A stretch of 64,000 bases of DNA from Pavona decussata. Its lineage: Eukaryota. The translations under genes were made by a program, and so were the position numbers. The notes beneath the pieces were generated by a model. The model saw nothing but the letters and a program-made list of their open reading frames with translations. It did no database searches and was not told the origin of the DNA. Shown here one piece after another: positions 38,333 through 49,600 of the stretch; position 1 is the stretch's first letter; every line of letters begins with the position of its first letter. The DNA is taken from NCBI GenBank assembly GCA_977016875.1, contig CDRNST010000102.1, forward strand, positions 1,364,001-1,428,000. Reading direction: 5' to 3'.

Positions 38333-39935
38333 TTAATGGATGTCAAGACTTTTCTTTAAGTTACCCCTCGGACGACCATGGAAGCACCAAGCCACCCCTT
38401 CAACTGTGTGGTCAAAACAACATCCCCTGTCCTTTTCACACTCATCTCGCTGTATTTCAATAGTCAAAAATCCATGGGCGCTAAGGGATTCTATAGAAGA
38501 AAAGGATGTCTGTAGCGGCTAACTGCGCTGGGCCAGGCCAATAACTCGTATTCATTCAGGTAAACACACATTTAATTTGCGCTAGAAACTGAAACATTAG
38601 AGCATCTGTTCGACTGAACGATACGCTACCTTACAAACTTTGCGCACAATACATAAATACAAGCAAAACAACCGAGCGAAAGGCATACTTGCAAGTTATT
38701 GTGCCTACATTCCGACGATCGCGGTACAAACCTAGAAGTCCGTACGCTCACATGGCGAGAAGAAATGGGCCTACACATTCTTAGTCAGCGGTAATGACTA
38801 CTTCAAGTAACGAATACGAAATGAAACTTGCAATGTCCATTAAGGTTACCCTATACCTTCAGAGGTGTCTCGCGTCCAAGCGATGTTAAGCGCATCCATT
38901 TTAAACTGTAGGTACCTAAACCTCTATGTCAAATTAAAGCTTGTAGAGCTGGCTATCAAACTGTACCAAGAATTTTGAAATAAAATAAATTGTCGAATTT
39001 TTCACGACCTCTAAATGCGAGCGTCCGAATCACCTTTTTAAAGTTACAAGTCAAAGCGAATTTTGTTTTTTGCTAATTTAATTTGCTCCTCAGTTTCCGT
39101 ACCCAAAGCGCTAAAAAAAACGTGTCTGCGTTTTGCCATACTAGGCAATCGCAATGAAAAGTTATAGAACATTTTCGAAATAGGATGAAAAAAATGTCGA
39201 GTGATCGTACAAAAATCGCTCTCAGAGAAAAAGTATTTCGAAAGAAAAAATTCGCAGACACGTTTTTGTTGTTTATTTGTTAAACTAGCTTCTTTCCAAA
39301 ATTGAAGGCAAACGAATAAATTCCCTTTGAGTTTTAGCTCTTTGAAGTGGCTCCTCCAAGTGCAAAAATTGATTGGAGGATACAGCGCTAAAAATTCGGC
39401 AGTTCATTTTATTTCAAAATTCTTGGTTTACTTTGTTAGCCAGCCCTATAAGCAGTGTAGGTATCTACAGTTTAAAGCGAACGCGCTGCATCGCCTTGAC
39501 GCGAGACACCTCTGAAGACACCTCTGAAGGTATAAGGTAACCTTAAGGTACAACCCTCCAACATGATAAGGTTGGTTTGAGTTACCCTTGGAACCGCTAC
39601 CTTCCATTTCTCGATTCCTCTAAAACCTGGGCCCGGTTTTTCGAAAGCTGATTAACCCTAATCCCCGAGTAAAACTTGAACGAAGTCTTCAACTCGCTTG
39701 TTTAAAATGTTCTTCAAACGCTAATTTTAAGCTTATAGTGAAGAGAAGTCAAATTTAAACGAATAAAATTTTTTGGCAGAATCTTTTACTGATTAATTAG
39801 CAATTAAATTCAAATCAAAGTTCACGTTAACCCACGATTAGCTTAAACGAGCTTTGCACAACTGGGTCCTCATTTAAATTGACTCAAAAAATCATACCCA
39901 ACAAAGAGATACCAAAATCTTCCTGTCCACCGCAT
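38333..39935 (-). pseudogene. Derived trefoil paralogue B: exon 1 (39898-39935) and half-trefoil terminal exon (38333-38490)
   Basis: Exon 1 MRWTGRFWYLFV ends in phase 2. The terminal exon ..IQRDECEKDRGCCFDHTVEGVAWCFHGRP..DIH* lacks Cys1/Cys2 and needs phase 1. Confidence 0.7.
38844..39542. mobile_element. Non-autonomous TTAA-target DNA transposon (Kolobok-like), copy 1
   Basis: TTAA on both sides, GG...CC termini, long imperfect TIRs GGTTACCCTATACCTTCAGAGGTGTCTCGCGT. Confidence 0.85.
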
Positions 39936-41667
39936 TTTGGTTTTGATGCTGCTGTGTTTCAGAACGAACTGTTAAATGCGATAACAGACTCTTAGTCTCT
40001 AAATTGATATCAACGTGTAATATTAATTCAGCTTGACGTGTGACAGGTGTACCTTTTGCCTAGTTCTATTTTCCCATTGGCCTCTTTGGAACTGATATTT
40101 ACCAATCGAAAACGTACCAATTGTATTAAGTTTTAACTTGCAGTCTATCTGGTAGATCATTACATATGCGCCAATTACGTGCAGTAATAACTGAATTTAA
40201 TCCAAAGATAGACATTAAACTACTTTACGAAATCGCATTGGACTCATAAAGGACAAGCGGAAGAGATGAAATTTTGTATAGACGACTCCAGAAGCGCCAT
40301 ACACTTTCTTTATCAACACGAAGTGCCATTTTCGTAAGAAAAAAAACTATGTACAACTTCTTTTGTTGATCTCTTAGCAAGACAATGCTGCCAAGTGGAT
40401 ATTAATTGACGACATTGGGATTTCTCTTAATCTAGTAATCCCTGTCAGAAAAAAAAAGACAATCAACATGTGGGCGAAAGCTCAAAGGGGATATTGGCTT
40501 TCAGACAAATGTTCAAATTCGGGAAAGCAAAATTTGGCCTTTGCCCGAATTATTCGCAACAATTACACGGGTGCTCGCTTGCTCGTGCTCGCAAAATTTT
40601 TGCATCTGCTTGCATGCTCGCATTCTCGTTAACATGTGCTCGATTGCTCGAAATTTCGTTAATCCTCCTTTGTAGTTATTTTTTATACATATATAAACGA
40701 TAAATCAGTTATGATAGGGTTAAAATAAAAAGGTTTAAACATCCTTACCTCTGGCTTCAGTCTTTCTTCAACAGTTCAGCCTGTAACTATTGTTCTGTTT
40801 TGGAGGTGTCAGCCAGATTATTAGCTATTACTTGGCCCAAAACATTTATCCTATTAATAAAAGAGAGATTCGGCTAGCGGAAAATTTACGAAGTACTCCA
40901 AGTGCTCGCTGCTCGCCATCTGTATTTTTCTAAAGTGCTCGCTGCTCGCAACTCATCCAGTCTTTCTCTACTTCTCGTTCCGACAGTCAAGGCAGTAACT
41001 TATGTATTGAACCTACTTTCTCCTTTTACGCTCGAAAAATATGGAACTCGCTACCACAAGACATCAAATTTTCTGAAACTTTCTTAATTTTAATATCTCG
41101 CCTTAAAACTTAAGAATACAATTTTGCATAAGTTATATTTTTTCCATAGCTTACTAGCTACATGATCTATTTACCTACTAGTTATCTATTTACCTATTTA
41201 TCTTCGTATTTACTTATTCCTTATACTGAGAAGGTTTGGTAATAAATAAACAAGTAAAAATCAACGGTAAATCGGACGACGCTTCGGAGTCGTCATGACA
41301 CCATTTTCAAGTTCAAAATGGTTAGAATAAACTGTCAGAAATAGTTCGCTGAAGATTAACATCGTAAACAGTTTTGTAGTGTTACGCAAATAGTTTGGTT
41401 AAATTTGAGTCCGATTGGAATTTAAGAGATGGTGAGAATTAAGGGAAACGCATGGTTGTTCTCTGTTTCTATGGTGAACTTGGCTTAAGAGCGACAGTTT
41501 TTAAGGACCCGCTGAAGAAAGTAGCCGCTGATATTGTGTCCACGCCCTTGGTCAACTCAGTCGTGAATGATTTACCTCATTTTCTCTACAATACAACACC
41601 TCTTTGTTATTTCGTATTCTTGGCTTCCTTTGAGTCCTTTCTCCGCCCAACTAAGCTGAAGTTCCCA

Positions 41668-44600
41668 CCGAAAACTGGAATAAATGCAGAAATACGGCGA
41701 ATTTGGCAAATATGGCGAATTTGACGATAATTCGCTAAAGGCCAAAATGCAAGTGAATGAGCCTAAGATAAGGGTACCAACAAACAGGCGAATTTGACGA
41801 TCTGGCAACAAAGACCAAAATGCAAGCGAATGAGCTCAAGTCAAGGGTACTAACAAAGCGGCGAATTCAACGAATGCGGCAAATTTGGCAAATATGGCGA
41901 ATTTGACGATATTTCGCCAAAGACCAAAATGCAAGCGAATGAGCTTAAGACAAGGGTACCAACAAAGCGGCGAATGCGGCAAATTTGGAAAATATGGCGA
42001 ATTCGACGATATTTCGCCAAAGACCAAAATGCAAGCGAATGAGCTTAATGCGGCAAATTTGGAAAATATGGCGAATTCGACGATATTTCGCCAAAGACCA
42101 AAATGCAAGCGAATGAGCTTAAGACAAGGGTACCAACAAAGCCGCGAATTTGACGAATGAGGCAAATTTGACAATATGGCGAATTTGACGATATTTTGCC
42201 AAAGACCAAACTTTAGGCGAATGAACTCGAGAAGGGTACCAATAAAGCGGCTAATTCGACGAGGTGCCCCAAAACCTATGTTTGATTGTCCGGGACGATG
42301 ACACTTTATTTCAATAGGGCGCACAATTACAGTCAAGACGGTATTATCCCTTATAACTCTACGAAACTAAGTTACAGCAACATAACTAAAATACGAAAAT
42401 ACCATGGTACTAAAATACTTAAACACAAGAATACCAAAATATTAAAAGAGAAAACTGATTATTTAGTGCTGCAATGTAAATCTTTGACTTGTGTGTGAGA
42501 CAAGTACATTTCTGATTTCAACTTTGAATTAGTCATGTTATAAGCTAAACAGTGAGGCTCACTAGTTTAAACAAAAAAATATTCACTTTGTGCATGTAGA
42601 TGCGTTAAATAGGTTAAGAAAAAAAAAACTATCCATGAGATTAAAATATGAAGTCATCATAACTGCAGGGTAAGGTGACTTACCATAAGAAAATACATGA
42701 AAGCACTTTTGGGTTATCTTTTTGGTTGGAATCTGTCCAACCAAATTTTCGTTGATGGTTGTTCAACTAATTAATTTTTTTCTCTGATTTCGTCTGATTT
42801 TGATGCATGGTTGAATATGATTTCACTACAAGTACCTCTCTATTCTCAATAGAAGTGTGTGATATTTGAGAAATGTAAATACTTCGTTGCATGTAGACTT
42901 AACATCACTTGACTCGCCTTATTCCTTTTTAAGGTTTTTGACCTTGAAATAAAATGTTCTTATCACATGTTTGTCTCCTGCTTTGGCTTTGGCAGATACT
43001 ACAAATTTGATTAACATACGAATTCGAATAGCCACATCTGTATAGGATTTCATCCACGGACACACACGTTAGTGTCAATGGGTTATGCCTTCATCAGCTG
43101 GACCTTTAAACGGCCCTTTTGACAACTGAGTTTTGCAGTAATTCTTTGTTGGTAATGACATACATGCATAAAAAGGCCTCTAACAACTTGCTTGCAGTTA
43201 AGAGTAAAGTACCCATAACCATATATATTTTGAAAGTAGACATGCCAGGGTTTCTTAAAAATTTATTAGCTTTTAATTAGTCATACACACTCGTCAACAA
43301 ATTTTAACCCCTTTATAATAGAAATGTATATAAATAGAAATATAGAAAATACCTAGAGACAGTAACGTACAAAATCCTAAAATATTAATTATCTCCTGTC
43401 TTCTTATATTTGACCCTAAAGTCAAGATGTTTAAACATATCTAATAGAGGTTTAAACAAAGAATCCATCTCAAAGTCAACGTTGGTCTATGTTTAAGGCA
43501 TCTAACTTCAGGGTACTGAACCCCAAACCTTTCATTAATCGCACCCCATTGGACAGAGGGGTTTAACTAGGCAGCTGTTTGTTGTTGGTGACGTCTTCCA
43601 ACTGATACCACAGTTCACCGAAGCGCATGTGACACAGGTCACCATGCAAGGGTGATATAAGAATTTGTATGGCGTTAAAATTAAATCGAAATTTAGACAA
43701 CACTATTCCCTCAAAAACCAACAAAAAATATAATTAAGTCTGAAAAAGCTTACCCGGTGTCTTTTGCTGTGTTTCCAATGCACAACAGGGGAAGTCCACG
43801 GAAGCCTTTGGCACGCAACAAACCACAGCCCCCCCTCCCCAGCAAAATGGAGTTCTGTACTGGCCAGCCGTGCCTTGCGTGACAGCATAAAACTTCTCTT
43901 GAGAATATAAATTGATTTTTGCATTATTGAATTTTTTTATATGATTTGACTTCGCGATTTTCAAACTCGTAACTTACCGTGTCACATACGCTTTGGTGAC
44001 CTGTGCTTATACTTGAAGTGATGAAGCGGTACGTGGTTTTGCCTGAATCTTCAACTGAATAATCGGACTAATTTGACCACGAATTGCCACCGCTATCTGT
44101 TGCTTCAAAGATTATTCGCTGAATCTTGCCATATCATTAATAGAAGGTGCCATTTTAAAGGCCTGCTAAACACAGATAGCAAAAGGTTTGGTCGAATCTG
44201 CCAACTGAATCTGATGAAAGTAAAAAAAATACATAAACATTTTTATGTAAGGGACACGAAGTGTCTTTAGCCACCGTGAGACCCTTGTGAGCCCTTTTGG
44301 GGTCAAAACGTACCCCTTACTTGGAAGCGCGCATAAACATAGTCAATCAACTAGCGAATGTGAGCGGGGACATATAATGCACCCTACACCTTTTTTGGAA
44401 AATCGAAAATGAGAGATTTTGGGGAGGTTTTAGGAGTGAAAAGCTATCCTGGAGACATGTCTAATGATGAGGAACTAACTGAGATCGGCTGCTTGAAAAT
44501 GAAAGCGAAGAATCGAGGTTAATTGTGAAGGAAACATTAGTCGCCTAAGCATGCACGTCGCAGCTTAAAGCAGAAATGCATGCATGCTTTTGCTGTCCAA

Positions 44601-44955
44601 AACCCTGGTAAATTTCAGTGCCAAAATCGTCTAATCCGCCAACATGTCAGGCTTTCATGTGTTTGACTTATTTTCATTTGCTTCCAAATTTGACGATATC
44701 TTGCCAAATTACTGATATTTGCCAAAATCATTAAATCCGTCAACATGGCTGGCCTCTATGTGTATAGCTTATTTGCATGCATTTGGCAATTTAACGAAAT
44801 TTTGCCAAATCCGCCAACATGGCAGGCTTCCATGTATTTAGCTTATTTGCATTTATTTGGGAATTTGACGAAATCTTGCCAAATTCGTTAGCGTTGTGAC
44901 TGTAAAGATTTCGTCAAATTTGCAAAATTCACCATTGCCTGCGTTTGTGGAGATA
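41668..44955. mobile_element. ~3.3-kb foldback-like insertion with inverted subterminal tandem repeats
   Basis: Absent at the equivalent copy-A site (CCACCGACAAATGGGTTTTGCCGAGG). GGCGAATTTGGCAAAT arrays at 41695-42265 and related inverted arrays at 44620-44940. Confidence 0.7.
43609..44005. mobile_element. MITE nested in the foldback-like element
   Basis: TIR CACAG(T/G)TCACC(G/A)AAGCG(C/T)ATGTGACAC; imperfect 7-bp TSD CTGATAC/CTTATAC. Confidence 0.7.
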
Positions 44956-45973
44956 CGTTTTTTGCCGAGGATATGGCTAACTCTCCGCTAACGTCTCTTA
45001 GCAGTTTTTTACACCTTCGCTCTTCTTTCTTCTTTTCACGGTCTTCACGGTCCATTCTGCTCCTCTTCTTTGCCTTCATGTTTTTCCTTCACTCACGCTT
45101 TTTCATACCAGGGTACTCGATTTCATACATACATAACAACGGCTTCTACAATTAGCAAAGTTAACACCTAAACCAATTTTCTTTCTTCTTTAAAAAATAC
45201 AGAGAAATGATAGTTCTTAATTAGGCAATATTGCATTAACTACGTTTTGTAACATGCTGTGCTAACTCTAAAATAATTTAAAACACAAGCACATTACGAC
45301 ATGCAACATGCTAAAATGATACAAACAAACTGCAACACATGAATGCTACAAAAAAGTGAATAATGGGAAATTTCATGGGAGATGTTCTCGTTAATAAAAA
45401 AAAAACGGAACAATATTTAATATCTTAGCTTGTCATAGTCAAGGAATAAGCTTTGTTGGTAAAAACTGGATCATTGAATCGAAATACAATTTCTTGGTCA
45501 GTTTACAAAAAAAATTATTTCACTTGTGCATGTTTGATATGGGATGATTATAGCCAACTCGGCGCCTTGCCCACAATAGTATCATCTCATAACAAACGCG
45601 TGCCAGTGGAGCAAATCTTAATTATTTCAACTGTTTTCTTAAAGTAAACGATGCTGGGACGACATTCAATTCTCGCACCGCAATTAACATCATGATTTCT
45701 ATGACTAAAGACGGACGTTACAAATAACATTTCATTGGCAACTATAAATTTTGGGAGTTAGTTTTCTTCCTTTCCTCTTAGAAGTAGAAAAGGTGAATGA
45801 GATGCCATATTAATTATGCTGAGGAGTTAATTGCGACTTGTTAAAGAGGAAGTACAAACAGCCTGTTCACCCACGAAGCTGATATCATTTAGCAGGTGCA
45901 ACGAAGTTCTTTTCTGCGGAAGATATTTCACCACTGAATTCGCAGCTACACGCTCAGTCTCTTATCGTCCTTT

Positions 45974-46416
45974 ATGGCCAATTGGTGGCTAAACACTCTG
46001 GCCTTTCCTGCTAGTTTGAGCTCACTTTTGTTTGCATTTGTGTTGGCCAACTCTGACTTCTGTGGGACGGTTTTTGAATCTCAATCTGGTAAGTAGACTA
46101 AGTAATCTTGCAAGTAGACCTGTTACGTCCTTTCTTCTAGTTTGTCCAGGCGATAAAATCATTCTATTTCCTTTTCTTAACAGACCATGCTCTAGTTGGC
46201 CACGCCATTAAAACGGCTACTGTCTATGACGAGTTCGAATGCCAACTAAAATGCATTGCCAATGTCAGTTGCAAATCTTTTAACGTGCACCCGAGCAGTT
46301 CCAAAGCAAACCGCCGCATTTGTGAACTAAACAACAAAACCCGGCAGATGAAACCAAAAGATTTCAAACCGAAGAAAGGATCGAAATACTATGGCTCATT
46401 TGATTGGGAACTATAA
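45974..46416 (+). CDS. Partial duplicate: signal peptide + PAN domain only, 115 aa (exons 45974-46088, 46184-46416); may be a pseudogene
   Basis: Intact exon 1, intron 1 and exon 2. The exon-2 donor is lost at the duplication junction and the frame runs on to ...YYGSFDWEL-TAA. Confidence 0.55.
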
Positions 46417-46643
46417 ATTTTGGGAGTTAGATTTCTTCGTTTCTTCTTAGAAGTAGAAAACTGAACGTGACCGAGATGCTATATTAATTATGCTGAGGAG
46501 TTAATTGCGACTTGTAAATTGCGAAGTGTAAACAGCCTGTCCACCCACGAAGCTGACATCATTTAGCAGGTGCAACGAAGTTCTTTTCTGAGGAAGATAA
46601 TTGACCAATTCGCAGCTGCACGCTCAGTCTCTTATCGTTCGTT

Positions 46644-49600
46644 ATGGCAAATTGGTGGCTAAATACTCTGCCCTTTCTAGCTAGTTTGAGCTTACTTTTA
46701 TTTGCATTTGTGATGGCAAACTCTGACTTCTGTGGGACTTTTTTTGAATCTCAATCTGGTAAGTAGACTAAAGATAATCGACCTGTTATGTCCTTTCTTC
46801 TAATTTGTCCAGGCGCAACGATAAAATCATTCTATTTCCTTTTCTTAACAGACCATGCTCTGGTTGGCCACGCCATTAAAACGGCTACTGTTTATGACGA
46901 GTTCGAATGCCAGTTAAAATGCATTGCCAATGACAGTTGCAAGTCTTTCAACGTGCACCCGAGCAGTTCCAAAGCAAACCGCCGCATTTGTGATCTAAAC
47001 AACAAAACCCGGCAGATGAAACCAAAAGATTTCAAACCAAAGAAACGATCGACATACTATGGCTCTGTGAAGGTAAGACTAAGCTAATATACCTACCAGT
47101 GGTTGGACCCTGTCATCTTAAAATTTGAATACGCCTACAAGATTAAGGATAAAAGTTCCAAATATCAAACCACTGAGAACGTCTGCAGAACTCTCTCTTT
47201 CCTGATGCTTACCAACAAGTAAGGAGACTGTAGAAACTTGATTGGTGTAACAAGTGATTATCTAAAGCACACGAACTAGATCTCGTCACCGTTCAGTTTA
47301 GTGTAAACGACAAAACCGGTTCTGATGTTAGAATTGCTGAAAGTAATGATACACCAATTGGTTTAGAAGCCCAGTCAACGAATACACATAGGCTTCAGAA
47401 TCCAATAATTCCTATTAGGCATTCAGCGGCCCTTTTACATTTTTTCGCTGGTAAAAATTCATCAACGATCTTAGATAACGGTATTAAGATTTGCGTAGTT
47501 TAACGCAACTAAGAATTCAGCACACGAAGAAAACAGCAATCTAAAATTATATTGTATGCCATGAAACTTAAGAAAAAGGAAAAAGTAAATTCTTTTTCCT
47601 TTTACGCTAATAAGACTTTGCTGACTGAATTATTTCTTCTGGTACTGACCAGTCGTTGCTTAACGCGACTATTTAATGGACTGCTTTTGTTCGCGACGCT
47701 CTTTAGGGGTTTTCAACCGGTCGGCGGCAAAGCCGGTGCTTGATAAATTGCGAAAATTCTGGAAGTCTTTCAGTGCCCAAAACTCGAGGTTATTTTACTA
47801 GCTGTTTATTATTTTATTTAATTTAATTTTTTTTCCGAATAATCCCTCTAGTCCTTTCCTCCAAACGAATTAATAGGCCATCTATTTATCCATCTATTTA
47901 TCGGATTTGAACCAAATTTGGCCCTCATGATCGTCGCACATCAATGAAACAAACAAGTGATAATAAAAATTAATAAAGGTTTATTTGCTGGTGGCTCCGA
48001 AGTGTGTCGGGCTTAGTATATGTAATCGCATGAGGCCGAGTAAAATTAAGGATTAATTTCCACTTGTATTTTCAAAGTTTTTGCAAATTGCCCGCGTCGC
48101 CCAGCAACGAGGGCAATTTGCCAAACCTTTGAAAATACAAGTGGAAATTAATCCTTAATTCTATGTGGACTTATTGCGATTACGTGTTTATAACATAAAA
48201 GGCAAAATTTTCTTAAAACTATCGAGGCACTTCGTAAAACACTCAGCCCCGGCCCTGCTTAAAAATGCTCACCCGCGTAAGCAAAACAAACAAATTATTC
48301 ACCTGTTTCTTAGCGTACAAAACAGATAAAGCGAGGAGAGGTGATTATTATATACGTTTATTTGTAAGAGTAAATACCACTTTAATTCACGAGGAAATTA
48401 ACAATTAAACCAAATGCTAGGCATCGATTAATGGCTTCACGTGCACTGTAAATAAGATTTCCACCGCTTGAAAATCACACGAACACAGATCGATAAAAAA
48501 TATCTAATGGTGGGTTCAAAGAAGGAACTTGGAGAGCAATTTCTTCTACTGAATTTGACCTGCTCCCTCCTCCCATCAAAAGAGCACTGTTGTTATTGTT
48601 CGGTTATCGCTCGCTGGAAGAAGCCGTAGCGAGGTGAAAGCACTTGGTCGCGGCCATGGGTGATTTCAGTTTTTCAACCAAAGAAATCTGATCAAGTTAT
48701 TAGCTTTTGACACAAATAATCTTTTGCTGTTTCTTGCAAGAAAAAGAAAATTCACCTTTAGGAATTTCCTTTATAGCTGTAGCACTCGATTTCCAAGTAT
48801 TTTTGGCACAAACAATCCGGCTTAAAAAGTCCAACTCCAAAGAATGTGAAAGGTTTTGTTGTTGCTGCAGCAGCACAAAACGAAGAAACCACATAAATGT
48901 AGAAATGACGGGTTCAGCTAATGAGGAGCAAGTATTTTCGCTGCTCGAACAATCCGGAGTGAATAATTTTGCCCTCGGTGAAAGGAAAATTAAGAAAGAA
49001 TGCCCTTATTTTGCCTTCTATCTTATAAAATTTCAAAATTCCAATATTTTTCCTTTGGCGTCTCAGCGGATGACAACCATCGAAAAAGTTTACAATCCAT
49101 TTTCTCAGGAACCAATGGAAATATCAAGGAAGCCTCACACATTTTCTTAGCTTATTATCTTGTGATTGATAAGTCTAGTATTTTTGGATATTAGCAAATA
49201 ACGCGAAGGCTCGTAATTCACTACCGTAAACAGTCAATTACTCAGTTTTCAGTCTAAAGGTTTGCGCGCTTCTATGAAAACCAAAAAGGCTTCAAAACGT
49301 ACTATTTCAGATTCTTCACTTAGCTTTAGGGTGAAATACTTTAAACCTGATGCAAATTTGGGGGAATGTCTCACATATTGTAATTCACTCGTAACACAGG
49401 TGTCCTGTATTGCCAATGGCCGACAGCGCAAAGGACAGATGTCGACCACGAGGAGTGACGGACACTGTTACCCGGGATACACAGGGAAAAAATGCGCTGG
49501 TGAGTGACACTTTCACATTCATACGACGGGTAATCTTTACCTTTTTGGATTTTTAGGTTTATAAAAGAAATCCTCGCCTGGCAACGTTAATCTCGTACCC

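Noticed and set aside
41836-42336. 166-aa repetitive ORF
   Set aside because: A by-product of tandem repeats within the foldback-like element.
48707-49150. 147-aa ORF in intron 2 of gene B
   Set aside because: Non-ATG start, no motif, and it lies inside a repeat insertion.
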